Shown piece after piece: positions 28,948 to 38,212 of a DNA stretch of 64,000 nt. Every line of letters begins with the position of its first letter. The first letter of the stretch is position 1. The stretch lies in IMG/VR virus record IMGVR_UViG_3300005529_000023, positions 64,001 through 128,000 of that record, one strand, 5' to 3'. A program made the translations under genes and the position numbers. The DNA is from a virus. The notes beneath the pieces were generated by a model. It searched no databases. It was not told where the DNA came from and worked only from the letters and a program-made list of their open reading frames with translations.

Positions 28948-29287
28948 CTTTGCTCTCGTATTTTTTTTCGTCGTTAATGTAGACTTCTACTTTTACATCT
29001 CGCCAAAAAAGATTTCTAACCGCCGCTTCTAGAGCCTGAAATCTCTTCTCCATGTTTTCTCCTTCAACAGGGCCTGTGAAGCGATAGCAAACACGCGAAC
29101 CGTGTTGAACTTCTTTCTTAGCTTCATTAACGGCATGACCAAAATCGTAATCGATGGAAGCGCTCTTGATGTTGTCAAAGAACACAAAAGGAAACTTTCT
29201 AAGATTTTCTGCGTGAAAATCGCTGATCCTATTTGCCAAGACTGCCAGCTGCGCTCTTTCTTTTAGTTTCTGTTTTAGATCAGACAA
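28937..29287 (-). CDS. Hypothetical protein
   Basis: Overlapping ORF in operon. Confidence 0.6.
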   Translation of the reverse strand: MSDLKQKLKERAQLAVLANRISDFHAENLRKFPFVFFDNIKSASIDYDFGHAVNEAKKEVQHGSRVCYRFTGPVEGENMEKRFQALEAAVRNLFWRDVKVEVYINDEKKYESKDVR

Positions 29288-30263
29288 TTCCCAACTCCTT
29301 TGCGTATCGAACCAACTCGTCCTTGTCCATTTTGGTCACGTACAAGTTGCGCAGAAAATCCTCAAACCCCTTAGCGGCCTGCCTCTTCTCTGTTTTCTTG
29401 GTGTCGGTGATCTTGGTCTTGATTGCACACTTTCCCTTCAGAGCTAACTTCTGCTTAGATACCCAATCCGAAGATCCAACGAGTTCTATGGCTACCCTTG
29501 CCCCCTCAGGGAAATTTGGAATTTCTTCTCCTTCTCCAACGCTAAATTGGAGAATAGGACTACAGACCCCTTCGGTGGAGATGTACTCCTCAGAAATGAT
29601 TTCCCCTGTGGAGTCGCTATGAACGTAAATTGTAAGGCCCTTAGGTTGATTAGCATCGGCTGTGGTATCCCAACGGGGAGTACCTGGATATTTGACTCGT
29701 CCGAACTCCTGCCTGGAATGGATGTGACCGGAAATGACGTGGATAAATTGCGGGGATAAAAGAGAGACATCAATTCCATCGGGGGTGTACATTCCGCTTT
29801 CATACTTACTTCCTTTGAAAGTTTGATGACAGACAAGAACCTTGGCCAATCCAGATAATGAATTGACAACATCTACAAATCTCGCTGAATCATGGATGTA
29901 TGGTACATAGAGAAATTGGCCATTAATAGTGGGTATATTCACAATCTTCAAGTTTTTCTTGCTATCCTCAATCCATTGGAAGACATCGAGAGCAGAGGCA
30001 GAGGAGCTATAATCGCCCGTTTGATCATGGTTTCCCACGAGAACTACTACCTCACAGACATTTGCTAGCTCAATCAGCGCTTCTTCCCAAAACCTAAGAA
30101 CTTCTAGCCTAATGATCGAATGGGTATGAAACAAGTCCCCTAGAATCTCGATCCTATCCACTTTGTGCTCAACAGCAAGCCAAACGATGAACTTCAGCAG
30201 TTTCTCGCTTTCCTTGATGTTGTTCACTTTGACGTGAGGATCGCCGACGCGTAGGATTTTCAT
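29280..30263 (-). CDS. sbcD: SbcD/Mre11/gp47-like nuclease
   Basis: GDPH, GDLFH, GNHD, HQ and GHIH phosphoesterase motifs. Confidence 0.9.
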   Translation of the reverse strand: MKILRVGDPHVKVNNIKESEKLLKFIVWLAVEHKVDRIEILGDLFHTHSIIRLEVLRFWEEALIELANVCEVVVLVGNHDQTGDYSSSASALDVFQWIEDSKKNLKIVNIPTINGQFLYVPYIHDSARFVDVVNSLSGLAKVLVCHQTFKGSKYESGMYTPDGIDVSLLSPQFIHVISGHIHSRQEFGRVKYPGTPRWDTTADANQPKGLTIYVHSDSTGEIISEEYISTEGVCSPILQFSVGEGEEIPNFPEGARVAIELVGSSDWVSKQKLALKGKCAIKTKITDTKKTEKRQAAKGFEDFLRNLYVTKMDKDELVRYAKELGIV

Positions 30264-30265
30264 CT

Positions 30266-30403
30266 TTATCCTAGTTCATGGTCCAGCGTAAGTAGCGCAA
30301 TGTACATGAAGAAACCAGCTAGAACGCTATGCTGCCAAAATCCAAAGAGAGTCGCTCCGGTTGCAATTCTGATCCATACTGCTAATGCTTTAGTGAGATC
30401 CAT
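30266..30403 (-). CDS. Small membrane protein (45 aa, MDLTKALAVW...), not in ORF track
   Basis: Translated by hand; hydrophobic; abuts both neighbours. Confidence 0.6.
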   Translation of the reverse strand: MDLTKALAVWIRIATGATLFGFWQHSVLAGFFMYIALLTLDHELG

Positions 30404-30404
30404 C

Positions 30405-30563
30405 TTATTTTTCCTTTTTGAGAGTTCCACAGAATGCACAATTGTCGTGCGGTTTTCCGTGAAGCAAAGTTACAAACCAACGATTGTACTTTGGCATGAT
30501 CCACTTGGTGAATTCCCAAATCGCGATGCTGCCAACAAACTGAACTATACCTGTGTCAGTCAT
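30405..30563 (-). CDS. Small membrane protein (52 aa, MTDTGIVQFV...), not in ORF track
   Basis: ATGA overlap with upstream gene; TM-like N-terminus and CxxC. Confidence 0.6.
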   Translation of the reverse strand: MTDTGIVQFVGSIAIWEFTKWIMPKYNRWFVTLLHGKPHDNCAFCGTLKKEK

Positions 30564-30898
30564 GCGGCCTCATCTGGCGGCGGAGAAAGGAACTCTACGA
30601 ATTGCATATCTACGATCAAGAAAGGACAAGGAAGAGTCTCACACTCAAGAGCTTTTTGTGCCCATGCTTGTGTATGAAGGCTTTCTTCTCTGATGTACGC
30701 AGTAGAACCCTTGCGTACGTAGAGTCCGAATCTAGTTCCGTCGTCTAGTCTAGTATCGACTAGAACCTTAAGTCCCTTAAGAGCTAGCTTTTGAGAAACG
30801 AATGCAAAGCCATTCTTCTCGGTAGCACGAAGCCCCTCTTTTTTGTACGCCTCAACGATAAGACGATTGTTCATCGAAAGTGGAAAGTCTAAAGTCAT
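30560..30898 (-). CDS. groES: Divergent GroES/Cpn10-like co-chaperonin
   Basis: NNRLIVE matches HDRVIV; the mobile loop ATEKNGFAFV matches TKSAGGIVL; VRKGSTAYI matches VKVGDIVIF; FLIVDMQFV matches VLIMSESDI. GroEL lies 2.6 kb away. Confidence 0.6.
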   Translation of the reverse strand: MTLDFPLSMNNRLIVEAYKKEGLRATEKNGFAFVSQKLALKGLKVLVDTRLDDGTRFGLYVRKGSTAYIREESLHTQAWAQKALECETLPCPFLIVDMQFVEFLSPPPDEAA

Positions 30899-31926
30899 AA
30901 TTTGATTCCTTTCAATTGTAGCACTTTTTTATGAAGTATTGGAAGCCTCTTTGCGAGAGAAAGCATTTGCTCTGTAGCTTCTTTCTCCATGTATGCTTCT
31001 TCTATATCTTGGGTAGTGTCAGGAGTGAAATGGTAAACACCATAACCCTCGTCGTTCACAGTAGCATCGGCAGATACCGTACTAGACGCATTCATTAATG
31101 CACTAAGTTGGCTAACAGTGACCTTCTCTTTTGGTATGCTTTTGCCTTCTTCTGCGTCCTTTTTGAAACTTTCGTTGATCGCCTTAGTCAGTTCCTTGAT
31201 GTCCTCAATTCCTTGGCGCGCACGAATCGTATGAGCCTTATAGAGAATTCTCTTATCAGAAGGATAGAAGTGCAACATCGTCTCACTGTAGCTGTCGATC
31301 ATATTGCCGACCATTCGACCGATGCAAACCGATCGGAAAACCGGAGAATATTCACCAGACCACTTATCTACGCCAGCCGCTAAGCCAAGACCGCAGATAC
31401 CGATAAAATCCATCAAGGTCAGATGACTCTTTGGAGTTTTGCGATAGAACAGTTTGGCCCGGTTGATAGCTAGGGGCATGTTGTTCTCGATCAGGATAGT
31501 GCGTGCTTTGTGGACTCGCTGAAATAGTTGTTCGGCGCGCTTTGGGAATGGGCCTAACCACGCATCGCGGATGAATTTGATGAACTGATAGTTGATATCG
31601 AAACGTTTCAGAGTTTCTACGTCGCGCACTTTGATTGCAGGTGTAATATGCTTACTGAAGGAAGTAGCGATCTCTCTGAAATAAGGACGCGCGCTCAAAA
31701 TGTTTTTGTTTTGAATACAAACCTTCTGGAGGAATTTTTTGTAGATCTCAGTCGATTGACGATACTTCAAAATAGTTTCTTTGAATTTACGTTCCGCATC
31801 CAAAAGTTCTTCGACCTGTTCCTTCTGAAGGGAACCGTCCCTGTTCTTTTCTAGAGCCTTGGTAACTTCACCAGCTAATCTGTAAAACGAGTCGTCAAAC
31901 GCTTCCTGGCGTTTTGTTTTTTGCAT
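30895..31926 (-). CDS. Phage RNA polymerase sigma-70-family factor lacking region 4.2
   Basis: NNMPLAINRAKLF...MDFIGICGLGLAAGVDKW (regions 2.1-2.2); ends at LPILHKKVLQLKGIKL (region 4.1). Confidence 0.85.
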   Translation of the reverse strand: MQKTKRQEAFDDSFYRLAGEVTKALEKNRDGSLQKEQVEELLDAERKFKETILKYRQSTEIYKKFLQKVCIQNKNILSARPYFREIATSFSKHITPAIKVRDVETLKRFDINYQFIKFIRDAWLGPFPKRAEQLFQRVHKARTILIENNMPLAINRAKLFYRKTPKSHLTLMDFIGICGLGLAAGVDKWSGEYSPVFRSVCIGRMVGNMIDSYSETMLHFYPSDKRILYKAHTIRARQGIEDIKELTKAINESFKKDAEEGKSIPKEKVTVSQLSALMNASSTVSADATVNDEGYGVYHFTPDTTQDIEEAYMEKEATEQMLSLAKRLPILHKKVLQLKGIKL

Positions 31927-31941
31927 AACCCTTATATATCA
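31927..31941 (-). promoter_or_regulatory. Extended -10 promoter, 6 nt before sigma ATG
   Basis: TG-A-TATATA-AGGGTT-ATG. Confidence 0.5.
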
Positions 31942-31946
31942 TAGGG

Positions 31947-33452
31947 CTATATTCTAGGTATTCTTATGTACTTGATTTCGGAACCAGAGTCGCTATAATA
32001 TTCGATCCTTTTCTCCAGGTGGGCACCTTGTTGCTCGCAGTCATAGATGTTGAAATCCCAAATTGTGGCTTTGTCCTTTTGGACACACTTGTCTTTCCAG
32101 GGATTCTGATTATGCAAGCGAACTGATCGGCCTACAGCACCTTGTTTGGTCTTAATCTCACTCGTCCCGCCCTGCCAGTTAATCGTATGGTGGGTAGGGT
32201 AAATGTTAGTTCCCGTAGAAATACAAGAGGTTCCGACCAAAGCATCCACTTCGTGCTTATTAAAAGCTTCAACACTCTCTGCGGGATCGACTTTGTGTAG
32301 GCCAATCTCCGCGAGTCTTGCGGCGTTTTTCTCCGCATGTGCGATGGCTACTCGGCACTTCAGAAGAGGTAGAATCATTCTAATTTGGTCTAATTCCTCA
32401 ACAAGAATAAGAGTTTGTCTTCCTAGGGCTGCCGCTTGTGCATTGGCCAATTTTGCGGAGAATGCGGCGATATTCTTGTTACCAAGGAAGTGAACGCGCT
32501 TCATTTCGAGAGCGTCATTGCTGGCAAAGCTCGGATCGCTAGATTCTAGGCTCACGATTCCGAATTCGTGGGGGCAGATGTATCCTTTTGCGACTGCTTC
32601 AGCAGTCGTAAGTGTGTGGACCGTCTTTCCAATGATGCTTTGTAGTAGCTTCTCCGCGCCGTCGCCACGAGTTTGGGTACCAGAAAAGAATAAGCGATAA
32701 GGAACAGCAGAAAGTACACCATGACAGATTTTCTCCAGAGTTTCTGCGCCCCAAGTATGACTCTCGTCCACGCATATCATTTGTAGTTTAGAAAAGAACT
32801 CCCACTCGGGCATTCCAGGCTTTACGTTTGCGATCGAATCTCCGATACAGATGGTAAACTTCTTACCTAGAACCTTCTTGCCATCGCCAAAACGGCCTAC
32901 CATTCCCTTGCCAAAGTGGTGCTCGAACTTTTCTAGCAACTCGTTGAAGATGCTTCGCGAAGGAGCGATGATGGCAGAGTTGAAGCCGGTTTCTCTGCAA
33001 AGTTTGAGTAGGATGGCAGATTTGCCGGACCCCGTACAAAGTTCGACATTGCCATGTTTGATTGCTAGAAGCTTTTCCCAGCTTTCCTCTTGGTAAGGAT
33101 GCAATTCAAAAGGCAAAAGGTGCTTCCACGGCACCTTTTTTGGCTCTGGATACGTTACTGTACTTGCTACTTCGAGTGTAAGACCTTCAAGATAAGGTAA
33201 AGACCCAGGCCGAATAAACTGTCCACCATCACTAAAGAGAAGAGTATTTTTAATGCTCTTTTTAAGTTCATCGAGTCTTGCTTCCCACGCCACCCTGTTC
33301 TTCGAACGAAACCAGTGATTCTGGTAGTGACGTTTCAAAAGGTGTTGATTGGCAGTATTTGTATAGGTGAGCTGAGTGATCAGAGATTGCATCTCTGCCT
33401 CGGAACAAACTCGAATGTCCGCCCTGCTTGGCGAATCTACCTGAAATTGCAT
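31947..33452 (-). CDS. Superfamily 2 helicase (UvsW/ResIII-like)
   Basis: CTGSGKS, DESH, SGT, TGTN and QGAVGRSVR motifs. Confidence 0.9.
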   Translation of the reverse strand: MQFQVDSPSRADIRVCSEAEMQSLITQLTYTNTANQHLLKRHYQNHWFRSKNRVAWEARLDELKKSIKNTLLFSDGGQFIRPGSLPYLEGLTLEVASTVTYPEPKKVPWKHLLPFELHPYQEESWEKLLAIKHGNVELCTGSGKSAILLKLCRETGFNSAIIAPSRSIFNELLEKFEHHFGKGMVGRFGDGKKVLGKKFTICIGDSIANVKPGMPEWEFFSKLQMICVDESHTWGAETLEKICHGVLSAVPYRLFFSGTQTRGDGAEKLLQSIIGKTVHTLTTAEAVAKGYICPHEFGIVSLESSDPSFASNDALEMKRVHFLGNKNIAAFSAKLANAQAAALGRQTLILVEELDQIRMILPLLKCRVAIAHAEKNAARLAEIGLHKVDPAESVEAFNKHEVDALVGTSCISTGTNIYPTHHTINWQGGTSEIKTKQGAVGRSVRLHNQNPWKDKCVQKDKATIWDFNIYDCEQQGAHLEKRIEYYSDSGSEIKYIRIPRI

Positions 33453-33492
33453 GCCCCTAGAATATCACAACTAGCGAACTATGTGATATAGC
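33453..33492. promoter_or_regulatory. Back-to-back divergent extended -10 promoters (helicase and groEL)
   Basis: Inverted TATCACA-N12-TGTGATA; minus strand TG-A-TATTCT-6nt-ATG; plus strand TG-A-TATAGC followed by SD GGAGG. Confidence 0.55.
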
Positions 33493-33518
33493 CAGTTAGA
33501 GAAAATTGGAGGATAACA

Positions 33519-35291
33519 ATGTCATCTCGCAAGGCAAAGAGCGCACCTAAGATTTTTGAAATCGATTCGAAAACGCTCAAGAAGAAAGTACTTGATACAA
33601 TGCATAGAGTATCTGAAGCTGTGGGCCGCACTATGGGTCCAGGCGGAAGAAACATCCTGATCGAAAGTGATTACCCAGGTATCCCAAACAAGAACACTAA
33701 AGACGGCGTGACTGTTTTTAAGAGTCTCGGCGCAATCGATGCCTACGAGCACCTTATCATCGAACAGGCTCGCGACGTTGCTCAAAGAACTGCAACAGAA
33801 GCCGGCGACGGCACTACGACAGCTACAGTACTTGCCTACTCCATCATTGATAATCTTTTTGAGTTCTGCGAAAAGAATCCAAAATACAGCCCTCAAAAAG
33901 CCGCACGACGCATCACAAAGGTCACGGATGACCTACTTATTCCCTTCATCGAATCGCGCAGTATCGCAATTGGTGTAGAGAACAAAGACATGCTCAAGAT
34001 GGTGGCTACTATCTCTGCTAACGGAGATTCGGACATGGCCGCTGCCGTAATCGATGCCTTTGAACAAATTGGCTACGGGGATTCCTCGCACGTCACAATT
34101 CGCGAGCTAAGCGGCAAGAAGGGTTACAAGGTCGAGCGCATCGAAGGATTTCCAATTGCGGTAGGCTTCGAAGAGTCTATCGGCAAACTCCATACTGCGT
34201 TTATCAACGATCAAGCCAATCAGCGCTGCTACCTGGAGAATCCCTTGTTTCTTCTCTACGATGGAAACGTGAACGATCTAGTCATGTTCATTCCGCTCAT
34301 GGAATCGATCGGCAACAAGTTCGTTACCGAAGGAAACAGCGACTTCAAGAATCTCGTAATTTTCGCTCACGGATTTAGCGAGAATGTACTCACGCAACTT
34401 GCATTCAATTTCTCAAACCCAAACACGATCAATGTTTTACCGATGATCACTCCTATGGCCCAATTTCTCAACAGCCAAACTCATTTCCTCCATGATTTGG
34501 CTGCATTCACTGGTGCCAAAGTATTTGGTCTGAAGGATCAAGTCTCACAAGCCACGCTATCAGACCTGGGCCGTGGTATGGAGAGCTTCGAAGCTTATCG
34601 CTTCAGATCTACTGTCATCGGCGACCCTGACCCCGTTAACGTCGAGGTCAGGGCCGAAGATTTGAAAACCATGATGGAAAATGCGGAAAGCCAAGCAGAA
34701 AAGATCCTGCTTGAGGAACGCATCGGCAAGATCACAAACGGTATTGCCAAACTGACCATCTATGGTGGCTCAAATGGCGAGTTGAAGGAAGCTCACGATC
34801 GCTGCGAAGACGCAGTTTGCGCAGTTCGCTCTGCGATCTCACACGGCGCCCTTCCCGGTGGATGCCGAATGGCCATCGACATGGCGATTAAGCTCATGCA
34901 GGACATTCCCGAAGGAGATCCTGCCCGAGAAGTGCTGGTCCCCGCACTTTTGTCGCTTCCAAGCAAACTCCTAGATAACGCTGGTTACGACAAAGAAGAG
35001 ATCAATGATGTTATCTCCAAGCTTGTCCAAGACCAGGATACTGTCTACGATATCGAGAACCAAAAGTACGGAAAAGCTGAAGAACTTGGCCTATTTGACG
35101 CTACTAAGGCAGTTTCTGAGTCACTAAGAAATGCAGTTTCGATCGCCTCGGTTCTAGGAACCATGGGCGGCCTTGTTTGCCATCCTCGCGATGATGTTTT
35201 CGAACGTGCCGAAGCAAGGTTGGACTCTGAGTACATGCGTGCGACAGAGAATCCCAACCAATTTATCAACGAAGCTAACGAACGCCCTTAG
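33519..35291 (+). CDS. groEL: Chaperonin GroEL/Cpn60
   Basis: TMGPGGRN, TKDGVTV, GDGTTTAT, RCEDAV, GALPGG; no GGM tail. Confidence 0.95.
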   Translation: MSSRKAKSAPKIFEIDSKTLKKKVLDTMHRVSEAVGRTMGPGGRNILIESDYPGIPNKNTKDGVTVFKSLGAIDAYEHLIIEQARDVAQRTATEAGDGTTTATVLAYSIIDNLFEFCEKNPKYSPQKAARRITKVTDDLLIPFIESRSIAIGVENKDMLKMVATISANGDSDMAAAVIDAFEQIGYGDSSHVTIRELSGKKGYKVERIEGFPIAVGFEESIGKLHTAFINDQANQRCYLENPLFLLYDGNVNDLVMFIPLMESIGNKFVTEGNSDFKNLVIFAHGFSENVLTQLAFNFSNPNTINVLPMITPMAQFLNSQTHFLHDLAAFTGAKVFGLKDQVSQATLSDLGRGMESFEAYRFRSTVIGDPDPVNVEVRAEDLKTMMENAESQAEKILLEERIGKITNGIAKLTIYGGSNGELKEAHDRCEDAVCAVRSAISHGALPGGCRMAIDMAIKLMQDIPEGDPAREVLVPALLSLPSKLLDNAGYDKEEINDVISKLVQDQDTVYDIENQKYGKAEELGLFDATKAVSESLRNAVSIASVLGTMGGLVCHPRDDVFERAEARLDSEYMRATENPNQFINEANERP

Positions 35292-35318
35292 CTCTATTAA
35301 AAAATATAGTGCGACAGT

Positions 35319-35324
35319 AATCTT
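35319..35324 (+). promoter_or_regulatory. Candidate late promoter AATCTT
   Basis: Hexamer 7 nt before ATG 35332, at the head of the terminase operon. Confidence 0.4.
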
Positions 35325-35331
35325 AATGATT

Positions 35332-35508
35332 ATGAAGCCTTACAAGACTATACGCGGTGACGAAGGCTATTGTTGTGAGTGGGACGATGGACCATACAAA
35401 GACTTCAAAAGAAAACATCGCAGAACAAAGAAAAGAGCAGACAAAAATCTGGTCAAGGAAGAACTTTCTAAGGAACTGGCGTCAGTGGCTAAGAAAGTTA
35501 AAGTGTAA
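35332..35508 (+). CDS. Small basic hypothetical protein (MKPYK...)
   Basis: ORF after AATCTT; Cys-Cys and Arg/Lys-rich. Confidence 0.55.
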   Translation: MKPYKTIRGDEGYCCEWDDGPYKDFKRKHRRTKKRADKNLVKEELSKELASVAKKVKV

Positions 35509-35641
35509 GCTCGGTTTCCATGACTGCGAGAACTATTTCTACGTCATGTCGATTCCAGGGAAGGACGAAGAGTATCCCTGGCGAACTTATGGGAGAAGGT
35601 ACTGTAAGCACTGTCCTTACTGGTGCCTCATAAGCAAATGA
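35357..35641 (+). CDS. Small zinc-binding protein (CKLGFH...CKHC); true start uncertain, probably later
   Basis: C-x3-H...CxxC phage motif; stop overlaps terminase ATG. Confidence 0.45.
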   Translation: MTKAIVVSGTMDHTKTSKENIAEQRKEQTKIWSRKNFLRNWRQWLRKLKCKLGFHDCENYFYVMSIPGKDEEYPWRTYGRRYCKHCPYWCLISK

Positions 35642-37551
35642 ACTTCAAAGACCTATCAGAAGAGTTAACCAAAGAGTACTCGGACGAGATGTTCCGAATT
35701 CTGAACTCTGCCGATGAGCTAAAAGACTGGATCATGTTCTACCTTGGTTTGGATATGCCTAACGGTCATGTCGATCCCGATAGCAACTCTAGTCCCGTAG
35801 AAGCCATGTGGGAAATCTACGACACGATCAAGAACAACAAGGGCGAGGACAGTCCTGGCTACATCATGTTGTCGGCTCGTGAAGGCTACAAAACGCTTTC
35901 TTCTTCTATTCTAGAAACACTTCTGATGCTGCACTTTCAGGTGACCATCGCTCACATGGCGGCCATCAAAGAGCAGTCTTCGAAATCGATATCTTATATC
36001 AATTACTTCTTCAGTAAGATCGAACCACTCCTGGTCTATCGTGGATGGGTCAATAAGAGCCAAAACAAAACCAAAGTAGAATGGCGTTCGCCCGAAGGCG
36101 AAGATGTATACATCCAGGTCATCGTGGCCACCATGTCCGGTGCTAACTCTGCGCATACGAACCTCATGTTCATTGATGAGATCGACGTTGTGAAAGATCC
36201 TCAAGCTTATGAGGAAGCAAAGCTTATCCCTGGTTTCGCTAAGGGTATATTCCCGGTAACGGTCAAGCTTTCTACGCGTAAATTTGCATTCGGTCTTATG
36301 CAAATCGAGATTGATAAGGCAACCAAGCCTATCGACCCTTCTGGTGATAAGATCCTTCGCTGGAACATTATTGATGTTACTGCTAGGTGTGAAACTACTA
36401 GGCATAAGCCCGACCTTCCTAGAGAAGATCGCTATGTAGCAAAAGGACTGCCGCTCAGACAGATCAGCGTTGAAGACTTTGAAGGTCTTCCAGAGATTGA
36501 AAAAGACAAATGGGAAAAAGTAGAACAAGCATTCGAGGGATGTAAGAGTTGTAAACTTCTCCCTGTTTGTAAAACAAGACTAGCCAAACGTCCAGAATCA
36601 GACGTGCCTAGTCCAACTAAACTCTACAAGCCAGTTGGCACCGTAATCAACACTTTCAAGAAAACCAATCCCGACATGGCTGAAGCTCAGCTTATGTGCT
36701 GGAAACCTTCCAGCAAGGGCATGGTGTACCCACGCTTCGAGAACGTGGTCGATAACGGTAACGTGTTGAGCCTGGAGAAGGCTTGGGAAATTCTATCTGG
36801 CGACAAGCCTAAGAAGTCCAAGATTTCAGACATCGATTTGATCTTCTTGATGAAGATAGCCGGCATCCGATTCTTTGCCGGAGTGGATTGGGGCTATACG
36901 CATGACTTCGTTATCGTTGTATTCGCCATGATCCCTAACGGTGACGTTTGGGTCGTAGACTGTTACTCCAACTCTGGCCTTGAATTTCCTGACTGCTTGG
37001 AAATTGCCAAAACCTACAGGGACAAGTACACAATAGAACGCTGGTTCTGCGACCAAGCGATGCCTTCGCATATCAAGTCCTTCAATAAGAACCATATGAA
37101 GTCTCCGAAGTTCACCAAGGATGTTATTGGAGGTATTGAGGCCCTACGCTCGAAGATTGTGGATACTACCGGGCGCCGCTATCTTCAGGTGCTAAACGTT
37201 GAAGCAAACCAAAAAGTGATCTTCTCTTTTCTTAAGCACCACTTCAAACTCGGCCCGGACGGCAACCCAACTCTTGAGCCAGATGATACTCCAGGAGTAG
37301 CCGACCAGGCGGACGCCATGCGCTACGTGGGACAGAACATGTTCCCTGTAAAAGGCCCTCAGAAGCCCGAGGCAGTTTGGGTAGACCAATCAGGCCAACG
37401 CATGGACCCAAACGATCCTATAGCCAGGGAACAGGCTAGGATCGCATCCCAGCATGAGATCCAGATGCGCGACGAAATAGCCAAGAGAATCGGGGCAGAA
37501 CCCTCCTCGGGTGGAACTGTACGTAAGGGTGGGTTCCACTGGAGTTTTTGA
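35638..37551 (+). CDS. terL: Terminase large subunit
   Basis: SAREGYKT Walker A-like, FIDEID Walker B, GVDWG and DQADAMRY nuclease motifs; upstream of portal. Confidence 0.88.
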   Translation: MNFKDLSEELTKEYSDEMFRILNSADELKDWIMFYLGLDMPNGHVDPDSNSSPVEAMWEIYDTIKNNKGEDSPGYIMLSAREGYKTLSSSILETLLMLHFQVTIAHMAAIKEQSSKSISYINYFFSKIEPLLVYRGWVNKSQNKTKVEWRSPEGEDVYIQVIVATMSGANSAHTNLMFIDEIDVVKDPQAYEEAKLIPGFAKGIFPVTVKLSTRKFAFGLMQIEIDKATKPIDPSGDKILRWNIIDVTARCETTRHKPDLPREDRYVAKGLPLRQISVEDFEGLPEIEKDKWEKVEQAFEGCKSCKLLPVCKTRLAKRPESDVPSPTKLYKPVGTVINTFKKTNPDMAEAQLMCWKPSSKGMVYPRFENVVDNGNVLSLEKAWEILSGDKPKKSKISDIDLIFLMKIAGIRFFAGVDWGYTHDFVIVVFAMIPNGDVWVVDCYSNSGLEFPDCLEIAKTYRDKYTIERWFCDQAMPSHIKSFNKNHMKSPKFTKDVIGGIEALRSKIVDTTGRRYLQVLNVEANQKVIFSFLKHHFKLGPDGNPTLEPDDTPGVADQADAMRYVGQNMFPVKGPQKPEAVWVDQSGQRMDPNDPIAREQARIASQHEIQMRDEIAKRIGAEPSSGGTVRKGGFHWSF

Positions 37552-37561
37552 ACTCAGAAGC

Positions 37562-37567
37562 AATCTT
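37562..37567 (+). promoter_or_regulatory. Candidate late promoter AATCTT
   Basis: 8 nt before the GIY-YIG ATG; part of a 10-bp direct repeat. Confidence 0.4.
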
Positions 37568-37575
37568 TAACCTAT

Positions 37576-38181
37576 ATGGAAGCTTATATTTACAAAATCA
37601 CTAATAAAATCAACGACAAAGTTTACATTGGTCAAACAGTTCAGAAGCTCAATAAGAGATGGAGCGAACACTGTCACAATGCAAGTAGCTGTAAAGTTCT
37701 CAGAAGTGCAATTCAGAAATATGGCCCAGAAAACTTTGAGATGACACCGTTACACATTATTCATGGAGATGACAAAACGCTAATTAGAAAAGAGTTGAAT
37801 GTCTTAGAGATGCAAGAAATAAAATCACATTCTTCTTTGATCCCCCATGGATACAACATACTGAAAGGTGGGAATACTTCTCCTGGTAGGCGATGGAAAG
37901 TGCCGCCATTTCAGGGAAGAAAACACACGGAAGAAACAAAGCAAAAAATTGCTAAAGCAAACGTTGGACTCAAACGCCCCTGGATGCTCGAACATGCTCA
38001 TAAAATGACCGAGCAAAGAAAAAGACAGATTGTCTGCAATGAAACTGGTCAAGTGTGGAACTCGATCAAAGAGTGCGCAAAGAGTTTCGGGGCTAAGCCA
38101 GAAGCTGTCCACAGAGTACTTAGAGGAAAACGTAAGCATTTCAGAAAACTCACCTTTTCCTATTTTCCAAAGCAATCTTAG
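37576..38181 (+). mobile_element. Free-standing GIY-YIG homing endonuclease (NUMOD3 + HTH)
   Basis: YIYKITNKINDKVYIGQT, GYN, GRKHTEETKQKI; AT-rich; flanked by AAGCAATCTT direct repeats. Confidence 0.9.
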
Positions 38182-38212
38182 ATAGTGAGTAGTCTAAACA
38201 AGAGGTTCTTGA

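Noticed and set aside
33463-33488. CRP-like site (TCACA/TGTGA)
   Set aside because: Half-sites are in the wrong orientation and spacing; explained by two divergent extended -10 promoters.
36385-36580. Intein in terminase
   Set aside because: No N-terminal Cys/Ser splice block or His-Asn end; better explained as a Cys-rich insertion.
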